63,556 bases of DNA, filler included, from Reticulomyxa filosa (GCA_000512085.1; 19 parts of 19 records of this genome joined end to end with filler, not necessarily neighbours in it), one strand, 5' to 3'. Shown: positions 33,949 through 47,717, counted from the first letter of the whole stretch. The notes: generated by a model from the letters alone, not told the origin. Translations and numbers: made by a program.

Positions 33949-35295
33949 ATGGAAAGCAGCAATAAAATCACAATATTTAGAAATGGTTTTAAGGATGAAA
34001 CTGGTCAAAAAGAAAATAATGTAAAAATCAGAATAATAGCAGATAATAATGGAAATCCTTGGTTTATTGGAAGAAATTGCCAAAACATTGATGTATATGG
34101 ATACAAAAAGGGCAATTCAAGATTGCGTCGATAACGACGATAAAAATAATGTGGGAAATATAGTCGACATGTCATCTCACTTACCAAATGAATTACATCC
34201 AAAAACTATACTGATAAATGAAAGTGATTTTTATTATCTAGTCTTATCTTCTAGTTTACCAATGGCAAAACATTCAAACATTGGATAACTAAAGAAGTTC
34301 TTCCATGTTGGCGAAAGACAGGAGAATATAAGATGAAAACAGAATTTGAAAAAGAAAAAAAACAACTAGAAAATTTCATAAAACAGAAAGAAATAGAATT
34401 ACGCACCAAATTTTCCAAAAAAGAAAAACTAGCACAAATAGAGCTAGCACGACAAAAACAAGTAATAAATGAACAATTAGCTTATGTTCGACAACTGACT
34501 CCAATAAAAGGAGATAAAACATTTATTTATATTGACAGCTTTCATCATTGGGTTACTATAAAATTGGAATAACAAATAACCCAAAAATAAGAAATAGCCA
34601 ATATAATAATGGAGTCCCTGATACATATGAACATAGAATGTATATGGTATACTTGAAAGAAATAATTGACGCGAGAATTGCAGAAAAAATATTAAATGAT
34701 CTACTATTCACATTCTGGCACAGCAATACAAAGAAGGAATTTGTTAAAATTCCTTAAAGTAATCTCGTCCAAGTATTTGATAAAATAACAATTGCCGTCG
34801 ATGAATGTTGTTTAATGTTAAATGGCTTTATGAAAAATATCACTATATCGGACCTATGAAGTGGAGTGAAGGATTAGTATTTCCTAATGAAATGAGTCAA
34901 ATAGATGAAGAAGAAAAGAACTATAGAATTATTGTTCACACAAACGGAAGAGTAGAACACAACATATATTATGATATACTTGATAAATTTAGAGAAGATT
35001 GTATCAATTTATTCAATTCTCACGATATCATTGAAACGTATGATGAAAACAAAAAATGTATTGTTCTTACTGCAATGAACGCTAAATCCAAAAAAAATAT
35101 CTTCTCTTGTAGTTATAAAGGAACCACAACATTTAAGAAATACGCATCCTTAATTGTCACTTCATTCCTTTCAATATTTAAAATGAAATCCAAATATTAC
35201 GGCAAAATATATCCAGAAAATGATGCATCACATTTAAAATTTTTATTTTATTTGAAGGAGCAATTAGCAAGTAATTCTATTGGATCAAAACAATC
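33949..35295 (+). pseudogene. Viral-type BRO-N + coiled coil + T5orf172 (GIY-YIG-like) gene, intronless, frameshifted, 3'-truncated
   Basis: Stitched frames: IRIIADNNGNPWFIG/EIAKTLMYMDTKRAIQDCV..INESDFYYLVLSSSLPMAK/FKHWITKEVLPCWRKTGEY (BRO-N); FIYI/GYYKIGITNNPKIRNSQYN..AEKIL..KEFVKI (T5orf172). Confidence 0.85.
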
Positions 35296-36569
35296 NNNNN
35301 NNNNNNNNNNNNNNNNNNNNNNNNNNNNNNNNNNNNNNNTTAATTAATTAANNNNNNNNNNNNNNNNNNNNNNNNNNNNNNNNNNNNNNNNNNNNTTTTT
35401 TTTTTTTTTTTACGAAACGAAACAAAACAAAACAAAACAAACTTTTTTTTTTTTTTTTTTGCACCTTCTTCTTCCTCCTCCCCCTTTCCTATCAATAAAA
35501 GAATTGAGCAACAGGTCACATTTGTACACTTTTGTTGTGTTTATTATTATGATATGTTTTTTTTTTTTTTGGAGTCTTTTGTTTTCTCTTTTTTTTTTTG
35601 TTTTGTTTCGATGAGAGAGAGTGTGTGTTTGTACGACTAACTTCAGTTGAAAGAATAAGTGTTGTCAGTAATTGTTAGAGAAAAAAAAAGAGAAGAGAGA
35701 GAGAGTTTATTTTTTATTTTTTATTTTTAATTTTATAAAAAAAACACACAAAAAATAAGTAAACAAATAAACAGCAAAAAAAAAAAAAACTATTCATTGG
35801 AATTCTGCTTTTTGCATCTTTATCTGGGTTGGGGTTTCCCACTTTTCTTTTGGTTTGCTCTGGTCGGCTGTCAGTTTTGTTTGGTGATTATATTTCTTTT
35901 TTGTTTGTTTGTTTGTCTGTTTTTGCTTGTTTATTTGCTTATTTGTTCATTTGTTTGTTTTGCTCATTCAAATGTGGGTTTTTTTCTTCACTGTCGTTTT
36001 GCGTATCCGGGCAGAGACAGCTTCTTCTTTCATCTTAGGTCATCTTTCTTTTTTTCCTTCCACTTGTTTGGTCCAGTTGATATGGTGTGTGGATATTTTT
36101 TGATCTTTATTCCAGAGAAGCTATGCTTTTGTTTTATTCCTCTACTCTCTTTGTCGTTTGAAAATTATTTTATCTTTTTTTTTTTTTTTTTTTGTTTGAT
36201 TGATTTGTTTTGACTTTTTTTTTTGTGTCTTGCGTAACATTTTTTTTTTGTGTTTGTCTTTTTGTCTAATATTAGATTTTTATTTGGGGTTCTTTTTCCT
36301 TCCCTTTTTTTTTCTTTTTTTGTACTAAAAAAAAAGCAAATATGATGACATAAGTTGATGTGAACATTTCTACAAGCTAATCCATTTCAGATTCAACAAG
36401 AATGTGATTTGTGTTACTTCATTCTTTTGATACACTCTTTTTTTTTTATGAGCTCTCAAATGTACTTTTTTTGAAAATCACACTTTGCACGTTGTTCGAA
36501 GGTCTGTTTTTTACGTGCAGTCCGACTTAGTGCTTTTTTTTTGTTCTGCATCTGACCCCTAAAATTAAT

Positions 36570-38830
36570 TTGAAACAAATTTCTTACCAAAGAAAAAAAA
36601 AAATTGTTGATGAACAATGGATACCAAAGCCAAGCAGACACCTATTCCTTCTACAAACTCAATTAAAATGGGAAAAAGGACGGGGCTCGAACTTGCCCCC
36701 TCTGATAAACGCAATTCAGTCGATATTGCAAACGTATTACAATAACGAGAAATTCAGTTTTGAAAAATTTGTCGAGTTTTTGAAGCAATGTAATTTGAAA
36801 AATTTGGTGGACACCCAAATGGAGAGCATACGAGAGTTTTACAATGCGAATGTGAAAGAGTCAACGGAAACCTTGGTTAACTATTTGAACAAGGAGCTTG
36901 AGAGCAAAGGCAGCATGAAAATGGGAGAGAGCAAAAGTGAGAGTGACCGAAAGCGAATAAGTAATGAAGACATTGCATTATTTCTATCTGAAGTGTTGTG
37001 TAAATATCAAATCAAAAGACAAGAGTTGAAAAGGCCCCCAAGCAAAGACAACAATAAGAGCAAATCATTTGGCCAAGTGATTTCGGAACATTGCGCAAAA
37101 AACTTTGCAAAGCAAACACATTTATCGTTTGAGCAATTTTACAATGACGTCATTGGCTACTTTCATTCCAGCGAAACTTCAATGCAAGCCGTGAGATGCA
37201 TCTTCGAGTATCTATTGTACAAGCAGTGCTTGGACAACCGCGATGCCAATCCCAAAATGCTGAGTATACAATTTTTGGCCAAGTCTTTGGATGCCGGTCA
37301 AGTCACAAGTATCGACAAATTTTTGGCACTTTTGGCGCCTTTTGCAAAAGACTATGCAGTTTCGTAACGTCACATATAAATATATAAAAATGTATTATAC
37401 GTGTATTTATTATTATTGATATAATAATAATAATAATAATAATATAACTTATACACAGTGCAAATCAATGTTGAAAAAGATTGAAAACGCATTACGTATA
37501 GCGTGCGGCAACAAAGAAAGGAATGTGGTAACCTTGGACGAATTCGTGAAGGCGATACAAACGCTGTGCAGCCCAAGCAATAGCAAAGAGATGATAGACC
37601 TTGTGAACGGAGCTAAGAGCATGTTTTGGAGTCACAAGGCCAATCATACTAGTGATCACAACAGTGGTGATCTGCTTTGCATCGAAGAGTTTATGAATGA
37701 ACTGCAGCAAGCAGTATCCACTGCTCCTCCATTCTCCTCCTCTTCCTCTTCCTCTTCCTCTTCCTCACAACAGCAATTAGACAGTGTCGTCTTTGGAAAT
37801 CAAGCGTGGGAATGGATACAATTGTTGTTGCTTTCCAATTCCTCTTTTAACAAAAAAGTTTGCTTAACTTGTTTTTTTTTTTTTTTTGTTTTTTTAAATT
37901 GTTCGTCTGTCAATCTTTGCCAATGTGCCAAACAAACAAATAAATAAACAAACAAGGATACAATGAAAGTGAAAAAAAGTGAATATGCAAGAGCTGAGTT
38001 TGAATGAATTTTGTAAAAAGTTTCACGAAATCGGCATCGCCAATTTCAGCAGAGAAGAGGCTTGTGAGATTTATGCCACGTTTCAAGAGAGCCCGGATTT
38101 GCACTTTGAAGAATTCCTGCAGTACTTGATGCGCTTGCACGAAGAGGAATCGCTCACCTCTGTCTCAAATGGCCATGCGGAAGAAAGAAATTATATTGAC
38201 ACATGGTTGCATTGGAAAGAGGAAGTAACCAAGAATTGTGCCACGACAAAAACACAAAAGAAGCAAGTGCCAACACAGACACAAATGCAAACGCAAATAC
38301 AATCCCAAATACAAATACAAATGCAGATACAAAAACAGGGTCAAAGAAAACAAAAAAAAAACCAAGACAATGCAAATGTCGGTATTGAGGAGTACGGACA
38401 AATGAACAATGTCGGTGTTTCGGGTCGCCACAAACTGGTATTGCTTTCGAACAACTCGAATGAGTCGGCGCAGTCCAAATCGAATTCGTCGTACACACAG
38501 CGATCCAGCCGAAGACGTGCCAAGCTGACGGCGAGACAGTCGCACTTCACTGGCAAATCAAGCAGTCGATCGGGTGCGGTCTCCTCTCTTGTGTTATCCG
38601 ACGAAATGGTTTGTCAAGGGATTATCTTGTTATCTATCCTCTTTCCTCCTTCTCCTCTCCTTCACAAGTATATTTTACATCATTGCATGCTATAGATATC
38701 CACTGTAGGAGCCGCCTCTTCCCAACCCAGTGACAATGAAGAGCACGAATATGAGGAGGACAATCAAGACAGTGACGAACACGACAATAGTGAGGACAAT
38801 GATAATGATAATGATAATGATAATGATAAT
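36570..38830 (+). CDS. Multi-exon protein with degenerate EF-hand-like repeats and a Q/S/D-rich tail; partial
   Basis: Repeated helix-loop-helix patterns FSFEKFVEFL, LSFEQFYNDV, VTLDEFVKAI, LCIEEFMNEL, LSLNEFCKKF, LHFEEFLQYL. The contig ends in (GATAAT)n. Confidence 0.55.
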
Positions 38831-39249
38831 NNNNNNNNNNNNNNNNNNNNNNNNNNNNNNNNNNNNNNNNNNNNTTAATTAATTAANNNNNNNNNNNNNN
38901 NNNNNNNNNNNNNNNNNNNNNNNNNNNNNNTTCATATAAATTGAACCTGCATTGAAAATAAGAAATTTTTAAATATTCAAGCCACGTAGATACTTTTTTT
39001 TAAAAAATTGGCCTTGTATCTTTCGTAGTTTTTAACAAAATTTTCAATCTTTTTTTGAAATTTTTTTAAAAAAATATTTTTTTGTTAAAAATTTGTTTTT
39101 GTAGTATTTTTACCATTTTATTGGTTTTTATTGTGCATTGATTAAAGCTTCAATTCTCCTTAGCATTGACTCAACTAGAGCTTGGCATAGTTGAGTATCA
39201 GTTTTTTACTATATTTTTTCAAATTTATCCCAAAGTTCTTGTTTGTTGT

Positions 39250-39604
39250 TAATTTTTTTCCTTTGCATAATTTTACTTTAATTATCCACCAAAGGTCTCA
39301 ATCATAAGAAACGTTGATTTTACCATCATCATCTAACTCTTTCTTGACGTCTTTTGCAGTTTCACACTTTCCAGAAACAAGCTATCTCATAATTTTACGC
39401 TGAACTCGCAAATGATTCTTTTCTGACCTGACAGATCCAGCTTTCTTTTTACAGTTTCATTACACTTATATGATGCCAGCCAAAATCGAAGCAAAGCTCT
39501 ACTTACATTAAATTCTTTGCTACAGATTGAATGCTAGCTCTATCAACCAATATACCAACAGTAACTCCTTTCTTAAAAGCACTAACGTATTTGTTGCAAT
39601 TCAT
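39250..39604 (-). mobile_element. Decayed Tc1/mariner transposase, N-terminal DNA-binding region
   Basis: Stitched frames: SAFKKGVTVGILVDRASIQSVAK/FNVSRALLRFWLASYKCNETVKRK/AGS..QRKIMR*LVSGKCETAKDVKKELDDDGKINVS. This resembles the double-HTH region of Tc1 transposases. No DDE domain visible. Confidence 0.65.
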
Positions 39605-40649
39605 TTTTGGGAGGGTCTTTCGCCGTTGGTTCTCCACCCACTTTGAGACACGCGCTTTTAAGAGTCTTTTATATAGCGAAGTGCAAACAAGAAAGCCGTT
39701 TAGCAAGGTTTGCCGGCTAAATAAAAGTATAGTCAGCACCCTCATTCTTTAGTGAGGTTGGAAGGGGTTGAATATATTCCCTTTGCAGGCGTAATCGAGA
39801 ACTGCTATACACAGGGCTAGGAACACAGGCTAATAAAAGAATTTCTACTTTTATCAGCACGTATTTTAAGTTTGGAAAAAAGGCTATCCTGGTGACTGTT
39901 TTAAAATACTTTTGATTGTTATTCAAAATAAGATGTAGTCGTCTGTCGAAAGCACCAGAGGGAAAACAATACTCACAAAGACAAGAACAGGAACATCATT
40001 AAACAGATTGCCAAAAAAAGAAAAAAAATTCATTTAAACATCCTTCATCATCGATATAAACTTTTGAAAAAAAGTTGCATCTTGAAGGAAAACAAGCAGT
40101 TGAAACAGAATAGCAAGATCAAACAAAGCTGACAAGCAAAAATTGAGCCACTTTCTAGTAAATAATTTCAATTCAACATTCACACACAATTGATTATTTT
40201 AAGTATCAGTTTTAATTTTTTCTAATTTATGAAAGAAGCGAATTGAATCTCAATATTTAATGAGACTTCAACAATTCAAAAACAAGGCTCAGAGAATTCA
40301 GCTGAGCAACGCTCCTATAATTCCCCCTGATCTCCACAGGGAAGATACAAATTGTTTTCGCAACAGTTGATTGATCTCAACATTCAATCTTTGAAATTTA
40401 CTTTGCTCTTTTGATACTTTAAATTTAATTAAGATTTTAAATGATATTTTTACTTGTGATTGTGAGTGAATTTTAACAAATTTTATAAATCTTTTCATTT
40501 GCTTTGTTTTTATTTGAGTACTGTGTTCCTTTTGGGACAAGGTGCTCTTNNNNNNNNNNNNNNNNNNNNNNNNNNNNNNNNNNNNNNNNNNNNTTAATTA
40601 ATTAANNNNNNNNNNNNNNNNNNNNNNNNNNNNNNNNNNNNNNNNNNNN

Positions 40650-40666
40650 AAATATCGTATACCTAC

Positions 40667-40697
<31 letters not shown>

Positions 40698-42886
40698 CAT
40701 TTCGTTACTGCCGTGAACTGCAGTGGGATAATATTGTTTTGCTTCCTCACTCCATTGACCTTTTTTTTTTTTTTCCCAACAATATCCAACAGTTTCAATC
40801 ATTTCCATCACAGATATATACATAAACATATATATGAACAACATACAGCGATCAATTTTTTGAAAATTAAGCGGAAACGGATTTTGAATAACCATTTGGG
40901 AAATACGCTTTTCGACAATCTCAGCGGTAACATCGATAGGATGTGAGTACTCAAAGTACTGTGGAATTTGGCGCAGCTGAATATGGAGCTGGACTCGCAA
41001 AGCCTCGTGCACAGCCCATTGGATATTGGACAGGACTCCAAACTTGCTGTCGTTTCGACCAAACTCCAAGTCTCGCGTCAGCGGATGTCTGGCGTTCATT
41101 CCGGGCCTGCAATTGATTAAGTCGAATTTAAAGTCAGGGTAGCTTCCGTAGTCCTTTCCGCTGTGAGCCACTTGCACCGCGGGCAATTCCGCGATCGGAG
41201 GGCAGTGCTTGCGGCAATACATTTGAGGACAGTACCAGCATTGTCGTTTCGGGGCTCCGCTTGATTTTGTGCAGTCCCAACAGTGATGTCTTGGACAAAC
41301 AAATGTGCGACTATATATATATATATATTTATAGTAATTATATACAAATGTAATCAAATAATCAATTCCCAACTCTTTGTAAATGGTAGAATGGAGCTCG
41401 TATCCACCCGTCGTCAAGCATTGCAAGTGATAGTATTTGCCACATCCTTTGGCAGTGTAGATGCACTGACTCGTGGGGATATCCGTGATCAAGCCGCAAA
41501 TGAAACAAGGATGCTATACATTGCACATAGTGCAAGACTGCCATGGTATGACCTCCAAAAACAAATACACATTAAACAAGAACAAACCGATTGAGTTTGG
41601 CATTGACGACACAGAAACCCAGCCAGAATCTCTTTTGGATCCAATGACTCGGGATCGTCTGCAAGTTGCTCAAGTCTCGGTTCGAGCAGAGTATGTCGAA
41701 TATGGTCGAGCCATTGTCGTATGCCGTCGATATCGTTTTGATCGCATGGAAAAGCACTTTTGTAGATGAATGACGAGGACAAATTACTACGTCTGTCTTT
41801 TTCTCCATTTCTTTTTGTGTTGCACAATAGCGTTTGTCTCACTCTTCTTAATCGCGAATGTGGTTGAATGCTTTTATTGCTTTTATTGCTTTCATTGTTT
41901 TGATTGCTTTCGTTTGTGTTCACAACAGGTTCGTTACTTTGTTTCGTTTTCTCAAATTTCTGTTTGTTTGTGTATAAACATTTCATTTGTAAACATACAA
42001 TACATATATACATATACATATACATATATACATATACATATATGTATATGTATATATATATATATCACCAACAACCAAATAAAATAGATATTGAATAGTA
42101 GTTTGTCAAACTTGTTCTTCAGAAAGGAGTGCACGGCCTTCGGTTCCGAAAAAGTTCTTGGTGCTATCGCGCAGTGGCGAACCACCGCCTACGGTGCAAG
42201 CATTCTTCACTTCCTCCGTCTTTTTTTCTTCTCCATAAAATCCTCGTTCGTGTTTGTGCTGACATTGCTGCTGCAGCAGACTCTTCACAATTTGAACACT
42301 TTTTCGATTCCTCGCTTTTTTCACGAGTCCAAGCGCGGTCGACGGTTCTTCTGGCAAATATTGATTTTCAAGCAATGCCAGTGAAAAGACCGATAACACT
42401 TCACACAGCTAATCAATTGACCGGGGTTTGTACATTTCGTACAAAAGCCTTCCAAATACCGATATGCAACTGCTGCAAGCTCTTCTTGGCCATCACGTTC
42501 GCTTGTTTCCATTTTTATTCTTAGTTGTTCCGATTCGTTTTGCTACATGTGCAAAACACATTTATTCTAATGTCCGTGCTGTTCTACCTTCCCCCCTCCC
42601 TCCTACAAATCTGACAAGAACAACAATACAGAAACATTGTTGTTGCTTTTTTTTTTTTTCCCCATACATTTAACATATTATTATGATGCGTCTTTTGTCT
42701 TTTGCTGCGCAAAGGACAGCTCAGTGTGTAATTCCCGTCCAACAATTCGTCGGCCTTTCTTTTTCGTGTCATTGGCGAATTGTCTCTGTGCTGTGTTTTT
42801 GCTTGTTCCACGTTATCCAAAAGTCCCAACAATGCTGCAGATGATTGCGGCTCATCACATTTCATTTCCATTTTTCTTGAGTCCAT
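40650..42886 (-). CDS. Multi-PHD-finger chromatin protein with NSD-type PHD-C5HCH module; frame disruptions, 3'-truncated
   Basis: FCTKCTNPGQLISCVKCYRSFHWHCL (PHD); GCGKYYHLQCL..FVCPRHHCWDC..QCWYCPQMYCRKH (NSD-like PHD + C5HCH). No SET domain seen. Confidence 0.7.
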
Positions 42887-43151
42887 TCCTGTTATCTCGG
42901 TTTGGTGTAACGAACAAAAGAACCTCCCTCCCCTCCCCCCCTCAAGGGGGTTCATCCCTAAAAAGGTGTTGCTTTCTTTCGGGTGGAAGACGAACAGAGT
43001 GCGTTGAAATACGATATACATTCACAATAAAAGAATTTTGTAGCCTTTTAGGCCGAGAGTATCGCTTGCAGTTTTACAGTTTTGAAATTGCATTTCGGCT
43101 GGTGAACAGTGATAGCGAATGTTATGCTGGTCATCATAAATAACAACAATT

Positions 43152-43189
<38 letters not shown>

Positions 43190-43744
43190 NNNNNNNNNNN
43201 NNNNNNNNNNNNNNNNNNNNNNNNNNNNNNNNNTTAATTAATTAANNNNNNNNNNNNNNNNNNNNNNNNNNNNNNNNNNNNNNNNNNNNTTTGTCTGTTG
43301 TTTCAGCATTCTTTCTTTTTTCTGGCACTTTGAGCTATATGTAAAACAATTGATAAAAATCTCGGTTAATTGATTAAAAAAAACAAACGAAAGTAAACTT
43401 GGAGCAAAGACTTCTCACGCAATACAACAAAAATACCAGAAAAAATTAAGAATTTTTCTTTGTCAATGTTCCCATATATATTTAAAACGTTCATTTATTC
43501 GAATAATTTCCAAAAAAATAAAAGAAAACGAACAAGATTTTACTTTTCACAAGCAGCATAGTTTGGAAAACGAATTTGGTGAATGAAATATTTTGATTTG
43601 TTTCTTTTTTTTTTGTTCATTTTGTGCATTATTTATATTGAAACATCCTCAATTAAAAGGAATAAATGAAGAACAAATTATAGTAGTTATATTTCATTAA
43701 AATTAATTAAATTTATCTATGATCAATTATGTAAATTTAACCCA

Positions 43745-44035
43745 ATGAAGATGAAAGGACAAGATATTTATGTCATTTTATTTGAATATTTTAAGAAATA
43801 TATTATGGGTGAAATGAATCCTGCAAGCTGTGCTGGTGTTATATCAATATTAAAAGAATCAAGAAAACAAGAATTAGAAGATGATACAACAATGTCACAA
43901 GCACTTGAAACATATATTTCATTTCAAGCGAATAATTATACATACACAAATAATAATGATAAAAAAATAATACATATGATTGTCATCAACATATCATTGA
44001 TTTATTAGCAGAAAAAAGAAAAAGTGATATACTCT
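43745..44035 (+). pseudogene. Isolated fragment of an amplified foraminiferan gene family (segment recalled as preceding a NACHT-like P-loop/WD40 region)
   Basis: DIYVILFEYFKKYIMGEMNPASCAGVISILKESRKQELEDDTTMSQALETYISFQANNY then, shifted, CHQHIIDLL. Family assignment is from memory of R. filosa proteins; no P-loop follows here. Confidence 0.5.
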
Positions 44036-44382
44036 AGATAATATTGTATCTAATTTATTCGATCCATATTTTACAAAACTTTTCTACGAAAAATAGAATT
44101 TAATATAAGCTCATTAAAATGTCATCATTCAGAACTGTAGTTATTTTGTCATTAGTTTTACATTGTAGTCCAATTGAACTACTTTATCTTACATTAAAAT
44201 GCTAATTCGCTTTTCCACATTTATTGAAAATAAAAAGTATTTTATAGTACAATTTTTCGTTTAGAATCCAAATATGTAAGAAAAAATTCATTCTTGAATC
44301 TACATCAATAAAAACATATTTTTTCATATAGCTTACTTTTTCCATTATCATATAATATATTGAAAAAATTGGAAAAGCTGAA

Positions 44383-46880
44383 CTAATATTTATGCGCAAG
44401 TTTCCACCATTTGAGTACGTACACTTCATAAACTTTCATTTCTTTACTATTCTTCGTATTCACATTGTGAATGATAGTCTTAAATTTATACAGTGACTGT
44501 TCCTCAAAAGGCTTCATCATTTTGAACGCATGCACCAAGAGTTCAACAAATTCATTTACATCTGAGATTTCGCAAGTCTTCAGTATGTAGTCAATAATCA
44601 ATTTACGTTCTCAATTAAGGAATATAATAAGTATTTATAATATATTTTATGTTAAATAGTTTATATTTTAATATTTCATGCTTTTTTTAACAAAGTATGA
44701 AAAATATTAACTTTCAAATAGTCAACAAATTTGTTGAAAATTGACTGTTTGTTGTAAGTTCTGGCAATGTACTGGAAGCATACTTTGTAGCAAGTTGAAT
44801 GACTGAAAGCTCAATATTTTTTTTGTCATTGTCGTCATATTCTTAAAAGGATATGCTGACAACTCGAGTCAAATCAAAGACAACTTGAAGTACGCAGTAT
44901 TGCATATGTCGATCGATCATAAACTCGATGTTATTGTCCATTGTCTGTTTTAATTTCATACGCAATTATCTTGACTTGTCGACGTTGGTAAAATATATCA
45001 CGTTGATTAGTTCATCATTTTCTATTCTTTTTTTTCTTCTTTTTTCACTGTTCCATCGTATTTTCCAGATAAATCGACGACTCGTAAAGCTATATTGAGT
45101 TTATACAAGCTCTAAGTAACACTAAGTTCAACTAGATTCTAGTATAACTGCTGTTGCCACTCTTGGTATTGTCTTTGTATTGTGTTTTCGATTCTTCAGA
45201 CTACAAGTCTTTGATATACCATTCATCTTGCTTCTTCTATGTCGTAGCTTTGTCAGTCGCCGTTTATATTTTTATTTTCTATTCTGTTCGATGATGTTGG
45301 CGACATTATGTTCGTATTTCAAAAATTTGTGACTCCAATACATCAATATGTATCAATTCTTAATTCTATCTTGATTATCTACATAATCACTGATCAGTAA
45401 ATGCTGTTTTCAGGCCTTTTCCATCAAAGACTCTTTGTATATTTCTTTGGATTAAAATGCCTGATCATTGAACTCGTTCCAGTCTAATGTATTGCATTCT
45501 TTGATGTACGAGTATTAATTCCGGACTATGTGCTACCCGTTTATATCGTGACACATGTCAACTTGTACTTGCATTACTCTGGATGGTTTATCACATAAGC
45601 GAATGCAACTGCACATTATCATCGTTTTGATATGACTTCACTTTCTCCAGTAGTTCCTATGTTGCAACTCATCGTTTTTTGGCAATGGCAGCAACAACTT
45701 TCAATATCACATTATTCTGAAATACTTTTTTCACATAATCAACACTCAAAATGCGCAATTTCGGCGAATTTGCCGTCTTTCATCGTGACATTAACACTAC
45801 TAAGTTAAAAATGTTGTTACTGCGTGAAAATAAACATTGTCTTGATTAATTGACCTTATTGGAGACTACAAATCGCAATTCTAACATAGTGTCGTTCCAA
45901 TCGAAAATATATTCTTTAAGTACCCGCTGCAGTTGATTCTATCGATAATGTTCAAATACAACTTCATTCGAAACAATGCGTTATAGTAACGATAACCGCT
46001 GCAGTACTCTAGACTAAGTGGCATTCAGAAACTAGTTAGTCACATCCAGCACGCACACATATTTATTTCTAGTTTTGACTTGGATGCCTTCTTATATCTA
46101 TCTTGTCTGTGGCAATTTCTTCTATTGTCCTGTTCAAAATCAACTCGCAAATGTGTCCGACCGTGACTTCAGGTCACTGACAGACGGTTGTACACTAAGT
46201 TCAAAAATACAATTGATTTTTTGTCACTGTATTTCGATGCGTGTGCAAATAATAGACCAGATGCATTCCACTCCAATCATCGTTGAAATTACTGACAATA
46301 ACGACTTGCAAGTTATCTTGTTCTGTCTGACTAACAGAAATGGCTTTTCAAGTCTTATATGTCTGCATCGTCCACCGATTCCAGTGCAATGTCTTGCAAT
46401 AACTTTTGAATGAACAAGAACTGCAGCACATTGTCTTCCAAGCGATCGGAATATATAGACTAACATCAGTCTTTTATAACGAGTTGAACTCATGTTCGCG
46501 CTTTTCCTGCTTCATACAATGCACAGCCATAGCACATAGTGTCCAAGATTTTTTTCCATTTGATAAACTATTATCACATAAGTCTGCAAAAATGTTTCAT
46601 CAAGGTAAACTCTGTGTCCAAATTCTTCACATACAATTGTTAACGTCGTCTGTCACTGTCGACGTCAGCGATATTATATAGATTTGCGCAATCTTTTGCA
46701 ACTGTCGTCGTCAACTTCTTAAACAAAAATTCAAGCCGTTATGGTATGATATGTTGTCAACTACTTTGCACATCGTTTGGAGGTTGTTCAATTTTTTCGA
46801 CATTCTCTGTGTACGTGCGTTCAAAACATATAGTTGATCAGTTGCATACTACATTTTTAATCGCATTTAGGACAATCTAA
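44383..46880 (-). pseudogene. Long, heavily decayed coding remnant of unknown family
   Basis: Higher-complexity sequence with protein-like stretches (LIIDYILKTCEISDVNEFVELLVHAF; SDRLEDNVLQFLFIQKLLQDIALESVDD) broken by many stops. Confidence 0.35.
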
Positions 46881-47717
46881 TGAGGAAAAAGTAAGTTGTA
46901 AAAGTTTACAGAAGTAGAAAACTCGTCAAATGTAGATATGAATGTGATGTGTAGAATGATTTCAATAATGAAAAGAGCTGATATATTGTTTGATTTTGTA
47001 ATGCAAATTGTCAAAAGCAAAAATTTTTGTTCGTTTCGTTCGTTCTGTTTTGCTTGTCAAGCACTTTGTTTTCGAAAGAATGATTAACATCAAAGCACCT
47101 TCACAAAACAAATAATAAAAAAGCAATAAAGAGAAAAAAAAAAATAAAGATCCAATTCTTTTCATTGCGATTGGGAGGAAACCTTGTAATAGTTTTACCA
47201 ACCAATAACGAAAACAAACGGAAAAACAAAAAAGAAAAAGGACAAGGGAAAAAAAGTAAGCAGAGCGTTATCTTTATCTAACCACAAGTGGTAAAATTCA
47301 TCTCATAAAAAAAACTTGAGAGATCGCTCATCAATGACAATCAAGTGTTTTTCTTACCAAAAACTAAAAAAAAAAAAAAAAAAGAAAGAATGAAAAACAA
47401 CCAAAACAACAAAACTCTTTTTTTTTTTTTATAAAAAAGAAAAAGCGAACAAAAAACAAAACAAAACAAAACAAAAACAATGAATGACAAACTCAATATG
47501 AATTTCCAACCAAAATGATATTCTGGAAAAAAGATTTTACTCTCCAGAACAAAACAAAGGACAATCGAATTGAAGAACAAACAACACAAAAACAAACAAA
47601 ATTAACCTTTTTTGTTCGTAGGACGGAAGTAATTTTGTAATTTATTTTTTATTTTCTTTTCCTCTGCCTTGCTTATTTCTTTCCCTTCCTTGTTCTCTTC
47701 TCCTCTCCCGTCTTCTT

